Source: Convolutriloba macropyga
Lineage: Eukaryota
Assembly (NCBI RefSeq): GCF_964194025.1
Contig: NC_134476.1
Location: 45,012,001 to 45,076,000 of the forward strand
Length of the DNA stretch: 64,000 bases
Direction: 5' to 3'
Positions 1 to 11,513 of this stretch are shown here, one piece after another. How positions within the stretch are numbered: position 1 is the first letter of the stretch; every line of letters starts with the position of its first letter. The position numbers and the translations under genes were made by a program. The notes beneath the pieces were generated by a model, which saw only the letters and a list, made by a program, of their open reading frames with translations, was not told the origin of the DNA and did not search any database.

Positions 1-1309
1 TTCCATTGCTCCTTACTTGTTGTTAGTTTTTGGAAGAAATTGATGCAAAAATTGTTGTGCGCTTCTCTTAGTCTCCTATTAACTAAGTTTCTTAAGCGCT
101 TAAGTTCTTCGTACGTCTCGCTGTCAGGAATTTTTTTCCATTTATCGAACACAAAGTGTTTTTGTGCAATCAATTGTTTCAACTCTTGTGTTAACCAGGG
201 CTTGGAATTTTTATAAGTTTCTCCCCTTTTTTAACGCTCTAAATTGGTGCTTGTTTTTCAACAATTTTCTCAAAAAAGTCGAGGAAAGAATCAAACATAT
301 TATTGCCATTCTCACATTGGTACATTCTACACCATTCGGCGAGGGCAAGATCTCGGTTAAATTTAGAGCTTGAGAAAAGTAGAAAATTTCTGATCGTTAT
401 TATTTTGTCACTCTCAGATTTCAATGAGAGGTTTGATTCGAAGATAACAAGAAAATGGTCGGAGTTAAAAGGGGTTGTTGTTACATTGTAGGCAATTATC
501 TGATCTTTTGAAACGAAACAGTGATCAATAAGTGTAAATGTTTTATCAGTACCTCTGGTTGAATCCCTTAGGTTAACAATTTCTAATCCTGAATTCGACG
601 AAAAAACGTCTAGTTTTTTTTCTGTCTGGTTCAGATAATTCAAGTTGTAATCTCCCAGCAAAATAACGTTATCTGTAACGCCATATGCTCCCGATAATTC
701 GGTACCTAACTGATCAAGAAAATACTCACCAAGACGTTTGTTTGGGCAATAAGAAACGTTAACAAGTAATTTTTCAGTCAGAGGGTCAGTTATTTCAACC
801 CAAATGAATTCCAAAAAAACTCCCATCAACCGTTTCAAGGCTTGATTTAATATCGGCGGTAAATTTTTTCGGGACAAAAATACCTACTCCTCCGCCCTCT
901 GAAGCCCCTGTTTTTTCTGATCTACATTTCCCAAAGAAAGTATGCGATGCTGGTAAAAAGTTATTTTCAATATTACAATCGGTGTCCAACCAGGTTTCAG
1001 TTACAGCGACAAACGTATTAATGGGAGCTGTTTGCAAAAAGTTTGCAAACTCTTCAAACTTGTTCTTCAAGCTCTGACACTTAATAAGGAAAAATAAAGG
1101 CGAGTGGCTTGTTCCTCTGTTTTTAAGTAACTTGAATACTTAATCAAATCTTCCAGATGAGGCCCTAGGTTCAATTCAATGTCCCCTGACAGCATGAGAC
1201 GTACAAGTGGACAAAAAACTAACAGCTTTAGGGAAAAAAACAAAAAAGTATCAATCAACTGTTTTAAAAAAATAACAAACATTAGGTTTGTTGGAATAAT
1301 ACTTTTCAA
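1..1309 (-). mobile_element. Degenerate non-LTR retrotransposon (CR1/L2-group LINE), ORF2 N-terminus: 2A-like peptide plus APE endonuclease, frameshifted, continuing off the left edge
   Basis: ORFs 1067-1309, 795-1070 and 239-877 join into one APE domain (AVTETWL, GGGVGIFV, ILLGDYN, TLIDHCF, SDHFLV). Bases 1-238 read as the linker toward RT. ORF1 remnants may extend to ~1800 but could not be read reliably. Confidence 0.9.
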
Positions 1310-2810
1310 ATGTGCGCTTATGAATTTCAGTATGATTTTCTCTTCTCATAAGTATACTGAAAATTAGAAATATCAAGAAAAGTCGCATTGTTCTATATTC
1401 CAATAAACCATCAGCCAAATTTATAATGAGTTGGAGGTAAAAATGCTTGTTTTGGATGGAAACCAAAAAAATTTTTTGCTGTTTTGCTGATGAAATAATG
1501 TGATATCACTGATCTGTCCGGATAGGTCGCTTTGATGTACACTATGTCAGCCATGGTCAAACTTGATTCGTTCGTGATGGAATGAGGCTGGGCTGATGTT
1601 TACCGTTGACATTGAGAGGTTAAGCATCTTGGTTTTTGGATTGTCGGTATGCAAACAAATCTTTGCAACCATTGTTCAACTTCTTGTTTGTGGTTTTCTG
1701 TCACTGGTTGATCGCATCTCAAATTTGATAATCTGCTGTAGAATGCAACTTTTTCGGTATTCTACAAGTTTCAACAGATCTATTGATGCTTCACTTTAAG
1801 AGAGAGCTAATATGAGAGCTTTACGTGAATTTAAAAACGCACCAATGTGTTTTTTGCGACACCTAAAATTAAAAAAAATCTAAACTCTCTGTCCATATTT
1901 TTCAGTGTGCCGTATTTTTGAAGGTATTTTGCAGAGTTTGAAAAAAATACTTTCTAGCAATTTGGCAGTTGGTAGGGTAGTAGTTCTAGAATATCCAATT
2001 AATACTTTTTAATATTTTTTAAATACTTTTTGTGAAGCAATAAGCACTTGAAAGTTGCAAAAGAGGCATTTTCGGTATTATGTCTCCTTTATTTGCATTT
2101 CACAGCAAATTAGTTTTGAGTTAACAAATATGTTGAATAGTGAAATGCTAAACAAGCGACACCTTCTCTGCAAGTATCATCACTGCGTCAGCTAATTTGC
2201 ACTGAACGCAGTCATCTGACATTGATGTTCAAATTTTGTTTGATGTCAACAAAGATTAAAAATGTCTCCGACGTATTTTTTTATTTTATTTACTTAATTC
2301 TTTTTTCCATTTGGCGCACAAGCTTTGTTTTAAAAACCATTAGTTACTGTTATGAAAAGCAGTTACCGTTGAATCTCCTTATTGGGCATGATTTTTCATA
2401 ACTCAAAAACTGCTCATGTTTTTAACTGCTCGCGCTTTGCTAGATTATTTGGACACAGCTTCACTGGAAATAGTTCTAACTAGTCCCACAGAACGTCAAA
2501 TCGAAAAAATGCCTTTCCAAAAATGGCCAAAACATGCATGTATGAATGTTTACGAGTTTTATTAAACTTCATCCTTAAATCCGCTCAATGTGTCTGATCT
2601 GGAAAAGGGAATTAAGGAGAGATCTGAACTGCTCCACTAATCAGGCCAGGTGCCATATAACACTCATATTGTGACGTGCTTAGCAGTTAATCTGTCAAAA
2701 ATATGGCCAATTATCCTCTAAGCCCACTCCAAATGTCATATTCTTCTTTTTTCTCATTGTCTTTTTCATGTTTGAGTGAGGGAGGGGGGAGTTTGGTATT
2801 TTAAGAAATT

Positions 2811-2815
<5 letters not shown>

Positions 2816-2858
<43 letters not shown>
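2816..2858. repeat. (CT)n microsatellite
   Basis: Near-perfect tctctc run. Confidence 0.95.
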
Positions 2859-2859
<1 letters not shown>

Positions 2860-3419
2860 AAAGTTATGGTTGACATCTTTGTCACTAAGCTAACATAAAT
2901 CTAAAGATGAGGACTCGCGCAAGTCGGTTCGAGGCACTGCAAGCTCCTACACTACGATTGTCCTCAGTGATGATCGGTTATATTTTCGAGAAACAGTTCA
3001 TCCAAAATAAATAATTCTTTTTCACTTAAACATTGAAAAAGTTATGCTTCTTGAGGTCAAATCTGCACAGCAATGAAGAAAACAAATTTTTTGAAATACC
3101 AACCAGCAACCAGAAACTAAAAAATATTTGATTAGAAAATTCAAGTGGTATAAAAGCCCTTAAAAATTCTGAGGCTCATTGGAAGAAGTTTCTAGAAGCA
3201 ACATACCAATTTGCAGCAAAGAATTACACAAAAAAAATATAAACAAAAAATTTTTAAGCTACAAAATTTGCCACCCAACAGTTTAGAGTACAGACAAGCG
3301 CAGCGAGCTGAGCATAAGACTTAAAACCAATAGAGAACTCAATGAAATGAAACAGTATGTTAAATTTCCATAAATGGATGCTTTAAAAAATGCGGGTGAT
3401 TAGTTTGAAAATAGATTTG

Positions 3420-4480
3420 ACAAGGAGGCTCGGTAATGTGCGTTCGCACATTAAGCTCCGACCCCGCTCATCTACATTTTTCACTTAATTGTCTACCAAA
3501 TGAGGGAGAGACAAAAAATTAACATATCAACATATCGTTCAACAAATAACTAAAAGAATAAAACAGTCTACTGTAGAGGGTCTATGAGACCTGTGGCTAC
3601 CATAATATGACTACCAGAAAAACGGCAATAGAAATCAAATAGTTACAAATATTAATTACGACCAAAATTCCTTGTCCATTTTTTGAAAACCACTAATAAC
3701 CAAATCAAAAGGGCATCAGATAAAATTTATACTAAGAAGATTAACCGGTACTTTATGGAACAAAATATGGGACTTTTCCAAAATGCAACTTGGCAACAAG
3801 TCGACTAGAAATGAGCAAAAGCGGCAAAAGTTTATTAAACATTGCTTTTTTTAAAAAAAAAAAATTAAATTCGAATTGATTAGAAACATTACGCATCAAA
3901 TGAAATCATTGAAAGAGTCTTTTATACCTCAATAGAGAGTGACTGAGGCCTTTCATTATCCAGGATAAGTCATACGACTACAAAAAGAACGACAAATACA
4001 GACAAAATTTGCACGAAAATTTATGCACGAAAACGATGTCCCCCCAATCAAATAAATATTAAGGTGATCACTAAAAACAATTAAAATCTTCGTTCTTCGT
4101 TTGCTTTTTTTGCAGGTGACATCATTTGTAAGTTAAATGACACCCATTATTGTGATACTGTGAAAAGAAAACAAAAACCTACAAAAAAGGGGCAAATTTC
4201 CAAAAATCACGAAAATTGGTTTCATTAAAACTGGTTGTTCCAAGAAAAGAGACCATTTGAGGAAAAAACCGTTATAAAGAACGAATTGTATTTTAGAAAA
4301 TAAATGATGTGAATTGGATAGAGAGATACCTAGCCACAATTTAACAAAAAAAGAAAATTGGCAGATCTCAAAAATCTATCTCTATTTTTTATTAAAAACA
4401 AATATTTTCAAAATTCATAGCCAACAAAAGCTTTCGACTAAAAGAGTAGACAGTTTGTCTTGCAACTACTCGAAAAACTA
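3420..4480 (-). mobile_element. Non-autonomous Helitron-like repeat, copy 1 (3' end at ~3421; right boundary uncertain)
   Basis: Palindrome taatgtgcg-tt-cgcacatta (3434-3453) lies 13 nt from a CTTG|T end on the minus strand. Several blocks match 20160-21207 in inverted orientation (attacgaccaaaa, gtcatacgactaca, caaaagctttc). Confidence 0.6.
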
Positions 4481-7400
4481 AGTGCAACTGTTATTAACGA
4501 GACTAAAACATAAGACTATAAAATAACTTCAAAAACAACTTTACGAAACCACAGTTTTGAAGCCATTAAATTTATTAGTTATTAACCGCGAGAAGATAAC
4601 ATTTTCATTTGCGTCTCCTTTGATCATCAAAACATCTTTTTGTAGAACGACTTTCACAAAATGACAACAAAAAGAACCACAAAAACTGAAAAGTATCGAA
4701 ACACAAAATTCTTCTGAAACAAATTGTCTAAGCCCCGAAGACATAATTTAAAAAGTTTAAACAAAACAAAAATTTTTGTTTGATTCCACAAAACATTAAA
4801 AAGAGCTATGAATAATGGGCGTAGTTTACGAAAATGATACATCATTGTAAAATACGAAAAAAGCGCAAACCAGAACAAAAAGTGATAAACTGAAGAATAC
4901 TATTACTCATTTTTTAGATATTTAATTCGAATGTCAAAACATCCATGAGTTATATACCGATATCAGTTAATTAAGTTCAATTTTTAATCTATATTTGGCC
5001 ACTGAGATCTTTTAGTAGACAATATTTGGCATAGGACAACAAAAATTAACAACAAATAAATGGCAAATATTAAAAACCTAATTTCTGCAAGAGAACGGTG
5101 TCACAGTCCTTCAAACCATGTTATAAAAACAAAAATTATGTTCAGTTTCAAATGTTGTAAACTTTTTTCAGTTAGATTGTTAATTAATGTGACAATTTAC
5201 AAAAGAAACAAAAGCAACAGCAAAAATGGGCAATTATGGGCAAAAGCAAAAATGGGCAAAATCAGAAAATTTTGTAAAAAAACTCGTAGTACCTAAAGCA
5301 AGAAAACCTTCTGTTAAATCAATCGGCACGAAATTACTTTTTATTCTATAAGGAGGAAAGGTTGACCTGTACTTACTGAGAATAACCAGTATGTTGACTA
5401 AATTATTATAAAAAATTCACAAGTTCAAAAAATCACAGAAATTTCCTTAAAACAAATACCTTTAATAGCATAAGAGACATTAGGTAAAAACCGAATGAAT
5501 AGAAAAGGTTCACTTGCACCTCTTGAGGAAAAAACTTAGATCTTTAAGTGGTCAAACCTAAAAATCAGACTGCCAAAAGAATAATAATTGAAGGTAAAAG
5601 ACAAGAGTTCAGTTAAATTTCACTAAAACTCTTCCTCAAAGCCATAAAGACCCTTTGGTTCTCTGAAAACAAACTGTATCTGCATTTGGCCTCAAGTTTA
5701 CGTAAAATGGAGCTGTCAATAACGTGAATAGAAAACATTGTCAGTAATTAACATTAAAACAACAAAAGAAAAATATTTTGAAAAAAAACAGCGTCAAAAT
5801 AAAAACCAAAAAGTCTCTGATTCTAAGAGTCCATGATATTATCGAACCTCTGATTTTGTTGAGCGCCCAGCAAACCGACCAAGTGTTCCAAGTATTTTTG
5901 AATTAGACCAACTGTTGAGTGAAATTCTTCAAATATTGAAAAAAAAGATGCAATTTGTTTAATTATCGAGATAAATCTGCAAAAAACGGCAAAGTTTTAA
6001 TTCCAGAAGACTTTCAAAAATAACTTCAATCAAACAATCCAGCAACGTTTTTCTATCTCTAACAGTAACAACAACACTCTGCCGTTAAAATATTCGACTT
6101 ATTTTGAATTATATTAGCGAAATTGTGCCAAATTCTAGCAAAAATTACTGAAAATGTGAACAAAAACAGTCGAATGTTCACAAAACTTTAAAACTCGACA
6201 ACTCCCTGTAAAACACGAAAATCGAAAAAAGCTTTTTAATTCCGTATTCTACGCTGGACGGGCTTTTTAATGATACCACGCACAATTCTCTACGGTGAAT
6301 ATGTCGGTCGGCCAAAATTGTCTGAACAAAAAAAACCCAGTTGAGTATATAGTTCCTCCCTCCCCACTAAAGTGGTGGTCGGAACCAAAAGTAAAAGAAA
6401 TTGAAAACGGGCACCTTTATTGAGCAATCAATTGAGAAAGTCAAGATTTTAAAAATTCCGTTCATCAAAAAGTGAAAATTAATTAGTTTTAAAAAAAAAT
6501 TGTGGAAATTACTTTAGAATATACCAAAGAGCAAATTAAACGAAAAAGTTTATTTTTTTTTAATTTTGAGTATTTGCATTTATTTATCAGCCTTATCATC
6601 ACCATAATTAATATTAAACAAACGCTAAAGCCACGGTACCTCAGAGGGTTCATAAAAAATCAAATCCCAAAAAAAAACGTTTAAAGATGGAAAAATTGCT
6701 GAATAATATTTTCTTTATGTGACAATCTCAAACCCATTCAGAAAAAAACATCAATAATTTTAAAGAAAGCAAGCAGAATAAATATTCAGTAAATTTTGTT
6801 TAAAACGAGGAGTTCCGTAAAGCCATTAGCTACAAAACAGCCTTGGAATGCATTTATGCTTTAGAATTGTCGTTCATTAGTTTGAAACTGGATTTGAAAA
6901 TTAAAACAAAACTAAAAGGGAAAATATTGAGCATTCTTTTGGGGAAGTGAATATTTTAAAAATTCGGTTAACCAAAAAAAGTTCAATAAGTTTCAAAAAC
7001 AATTAAGGAAATGGTGAAAAATACACAAATGAGTACCGGAAAGAAACAAAAAATATCTAAAAATTTGTCTACCTGCCGTTTTTATGATAATTATCATCAC
7101 CCTCATCCTTGTTAAACAAACTCTAAAGCGGAGGCACCCTATGCATGAATTGCAAAAAAAATAATTTCCATATGTGAAAGGAATCGACCTTAAAGGCCTT
7201 CAGATACGACACCAACAAAAGCAGAGAAGGCAAGCAATGAAAACTTTAATATATTTTGTTTAAAGCGATGGTTCCGATGTCCATAACGACATTATCTGCA
7301 AAATCGAGCCATGAAAAAGTAAGTTGATTTCAGCTATCAGAATTAGAGAAAAGGTAATCAGACGATGATAAAAAAAATAAAAATCTGAACCCATCGAAAA

Positions 7401-8036
7401 CAGACGGTCATACTCTGAACAAACCACTCGCAAAAGTTTTGAAATACAAAAAAAGCTCTTTATATTAAATTTTCAATGACAGCTCACTTTTTTTAATTGT
7501 CTGAGTAGAAATCATAAAACATTAAAAACAAAGTTAAACCATTTAAGAGATGCAATAATTGGAACAAAACTTTTGTGAATAAAATAAAAAAAAGTTGGGG
7601 TTTTCAACACCAGAGCCGAGTGATAAGATAACAGAGAAAAATTTTTGCCAAGGAATGGAAAAACTGTTGACCAGTTATTATTTTTGGTCAAAACTTTTAA
7701 AACTGTGATATATCAGCCGCAACACTTAAAGTTTCTGAACGTTGTTTCACAAGAAAACTAAAGAAAAACTTCATTTTTCAGACTAAGTTACACGACAGAA
7801 AGAAACGAAGGCTATTTTTTCTTCAAATCAGATGAGTTACTTCAATCAACACAAACAGTTGGTTGAGATCATTATTTAGAATAACATTTGCCTTATTAGG
7901 GATTAATGCAATCTATTGCTAATGAAAATAAGAAACGGTTTTATTTCAAACAATTCTGATTAAACTTCGAACTCAAAAGATTACCAAAATTCGTATATTT
8001 GTTCTCCAAGCTGACTGAAACTAATTTGAGGTACGG

Positions 8037-8193
8037 TGTTCCCAATGACCTTGGGAACTCAAGAAAAGCATGACATTTGCTGATCATTAAAACTACCGCC
8101 AAAAACCTGAGAGTTACTTTTTCCCAAAACATCTGACAAGAAGTCGCAACCAAATATGAGCAACCAAAAGTCTAGAATATTTGTTTCACTACA
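8037..8193 (+). repeat. 5' LTR (157 bp)
   Basis: TGTTCCCAATG...TTTCACTACA; 3 mismatches to 18275-18431 by manual alignment. Confidence 0.97.
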
Positions 8194-8322
8194 TAAAATG
8201 GAGACCTACCTCCGTGATTAAGAAACATAGTCCACCTTCTGAAACGGATTTTTTTTTTAAGCAAAGAGGGTAACATCACCCCCCCCCCCCCCCAACCAAC
8301 CAAAGACAAAGAAACCGTACCA

Positions 8323-8402
8323 AGTGTCCGAACAAAAGGGGCCGCCGAACAAAAGTGTCCGAACAAAAGGTGTCCGAACAAAAGGAGCCGAACAAAAGGG
8401 GC
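8323..8402 (+). repeat. Five copies of CCGAACAAAAG at 14-17 bp spacing
   Basis: Copies start at about 8328, 8345, 8359, 8374 and 8388. Confidence 0.9.
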
Positions 8403-8679
8403 CCTTCATCAACAATTAAGACAATCAGCATCAAGAGAAGCCCCCCCAAGACGATTTTTTGGTCTCAGACGTCACCAAAGACGAGGAGATTTTTTTTTTC
8501 AAGGGTTCCAGACGTCACCCAATCAAGAAGGCCTGACTTTTTTTTGGTTGCAGCCGTCGCCAAGAGATGATAGCCCGAGATCCCAGACGTCACCTCAGAA
8601 GTCCCTTTCCCGGTTAGACGTATCCAAAAAAAACTTGAATTTTTTTTGCAACAAAAATCTCAAAAACATGAAAATTGCC

Positions 8680-10520
8680 CCCCCAGCGAGCTTTTGTCGA
8701 TGCTTTATGAAAGAAATAGCCATGAAAAATCACATGTCAGCATTTAGCAGCAAAAAAAACACATAGATTGTACGAAAAAATGATATAGCTTTTTTTGGAT
8801 CAGAAAAATTCAAAAACATTTTTCTGAATTTGTCGCAAAAAATCTACATAACAGTAAAATTAGTAGTTGAATAGAACACCTCAGTTGGACCTTATATTGA
8901 CTTTTTTAAAATCTAGTTGTTTATGTAAAATTTTTGCACAAAAAACGAAAAAGTTGCTAAAGTGCTTTTTTGAGGGTCAAAAATCAAAAAACGTTATCCC
9001 AACATTTTAATGGAAAATTTTTAATAAATCCAAGAAAACCTATTGATTGGGCCCCCTCAGTTTGCTATAATACAAGTTTTAAAGTTAGTTTATGGACTTT
9101 GCTTTTTAGCAAAGAGACAACGAGAATTTGGCAAAAATTGCTTCTTTGACTTTAAAAATTCAGAAAACGTTTTCTTGACGTTATGATATAAACTATTAGT
9201 AGACCCAAGAAAACCTATTGATTGGGCCCCTCAGTTTGCCATAATACAAGTTTCAAAGTTAGTTTATGGACTTTGCTTTTTAGCAAAGCGACAACTAGAA
9301 TTTGGCAAAAATTGCATCTTTGACTTTAAAAATTCAAAAAACGTTTTCTTGACGTTATGATATAAACTATTAGTAGATCTAAGAAAACCTATTGATTGGG
9401 CTCCCTCAGTTTGTTATAATACAAGTTTTAAAGTTAGTTTATGGACTTTGCCTTTTAGCAAAGAGACAACGAGAATTTGGCAAAAATTGCTTTTTTGACC
9501 TTAAAAATTCAAAAAATGTTTTCTTGACGTTATGATATAAACTATTAGTAGATCCAAGAAAACCTATTGATTGGGCCCCCTCAGTTTGTTATTATACCAG
9601 TTTTAAAGTTAGTTTATGGGTTTTGCACTTTAACAAAGAGGCAACTAGAATTTGGCAAAAATTGCATCTTTGACTTAAAAAATTCAAAAAACGTTTTCTT
9701 TACGTTGTGATATAAACAATTAGTAGTTTCAAGAAAACCTATTGATTGGGCCCCCTCAGTTTGCTATATTACAAGTTTTAAAGTTGGTTAATGGACTTTG
9801 CTTTTTAGCAAAGAGACAACGAGAATTTGGCAAAAATTGCTTCTTTGACCTTAAAAATTCAAAAAATGTTTTCTTGACGTTATGATATAAACTATTAGTA
9901 GATCCAAGAAAATCTATTGATTGGGCCCCCTCAGTTTGCTATAATTTGAGATTTAAAGTTAGTTTGTCAATTTAACATTTTAGAAAAGAAGCAACTTGAA
10001 TTTAGCAAAATTTCATCTTTGACGTTAAAAAAGTCAAAAAAAAAAAACGTTTCCTTGAAATTTTGTTATAAACAATTAGTAGATCCAAGAAAACCTATTC
10101 ATTGAGCCCCCTCAGTTTGTTACAAAACAAGCTTCAAAGTTAGTTTATCCATTTTGCATTTCAATAAAGAGGCAACATAAAATTGTCAAATTTGCTTCTT
10201 AGACTCAAAAAACTCAAAAAAAAAACTTTTCTTGACGTTTTGATAGATACAATTAGTAGATCTAAGAAAACCTTTTCATTGAACCCCCTCAAATTATTAT
10301 AATACAAGCTTCAAAATTATTATTTCGATTTTACTCTTAGAAAAGAGGCAACATAAAATTGGCAAAATTGCTTCTTTCACTCAAAAAAAAAAATAAAAAC
10401 GTTTTCCCAAAGTTTTGGTTAAAACATTTATTAGTCCCAGAAAACCTGTTGATCGCACCCCCTCAGTTTATTTCAAAACAAACCGATAAATAAATTTTAT
10501 CACTTTTGCAAAACTTTATT
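8680..10520. repeat. Tandem array of ~175-bp units inside the retrotransposon leader (8 clear units plus degenerate edge units)
   Basis: Anchor (c/t)aagaaaacctattgattgggccccctcagtttg recurs at about 9031, 9206, 9380, 9555, 9730, 9905, 10086, 10263 and 10438. Decayed units lie to the left, from ~8680. Confidence 0.95.
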
Positions 10521-11513
10521 CTTAAGAAAATCCGACAATCACAGTTTTGCTTTCAATTTGTGCATACTACTAGCCGCGCGCTTAGTTAATGGGGTAGTAT
10601 GCACTGAAAACAACTTCAAGAAAAAAAAACAAAAAAGAGGAAAAATTAAGAACATTTTTCTCATTAGATCAAAAGCAAGAAAATCAAAAGCTCGAAATAT
10701 TTCCCCACTTAAATTTGCTCACACAAATACTTCCTTGAGGATAACTCAAACGTCTCTTCCTTTTTTGTCCGCGGTCTCAGAAGTTGCCGAAAGAAGTCCC
10801 TTTGCCCCTCTTTTTGGTCTCAGTAGTCACCAGATGGAAGGAGAGAGTATTTTTGGTGTCAGTAGTTACCATAGTAGATGATCTTCAAAACTTAGTGTCA
10901 GCAGTCACAAGGGCGGAAGGAATTCTCAAAAAAAGATTTCAAAAGTTTTGAAAAGAAAACAAGAAGCAAGCAGTTCAATTTAAGAGGAAAGAATTTCAAA
11001 CGAGCCCCCAAGTCGAGTTGTCTTGTCTGCTTGTCTGTAGCTCACGTTACCTATTCGCACCGCAATAAAAAAAAACTTTTAAACAATTTCAACACAGGTA
11101 CTAAGCAGTAGCAGCCTCTAAGCATTTTTTTGTTCCTTTTTCAAAAAAGGTTTTGTACTTGTAAAAGATTGTAACAAAAAACTATTCAAGAGCCATACAC
11201 TTATTATACTCATAAGGAAATCTTAATTTCCCCAAGTTTTAGCAATTATTTGGTCGTGTTTATTGAAATAACGAAACAAGCGCGCGCACACGTTTATTTT
11301 TTCTTTTTTTAGATAAAACTAGCTAGATTTAGCACAAAAAAAACAATAGGATTCTATTTTTCAGAAAAGTTGCGTCGTATTTTTAACAACAAAAACTGGG
11401 ACTGATTAGCCTCACAGTGTCATAAACATTGTTTTTCAATTTTGAAATTTGCGTCGCTCCGGTTTCGAAGCCGTTTTTTACCTGTTAGTACGAAAAAGAC
11501 CAACAAGAGCAAG

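Noticed and set aside
2950-3000. Hammerhead-ribozyme-like core (gtgatga-tcgg...tcga-gaaac)
   Set aside because: The core is GTGATGA rather than CTGATGA, and only 4 nt separate GTC from the core, so stem I cannot form.
8355-8766. Short ORFs in the BEL leader (8355-8570, 8548-8766)
   Set aside because: Translations of short DNA repeats with non-ATG starts.
8680-10520. CRISPR-like repeat-spacer array
   Set aside because: Units are homologous over their whole length, there are no unique spacers or cas genes, and the context is eukaryotic.
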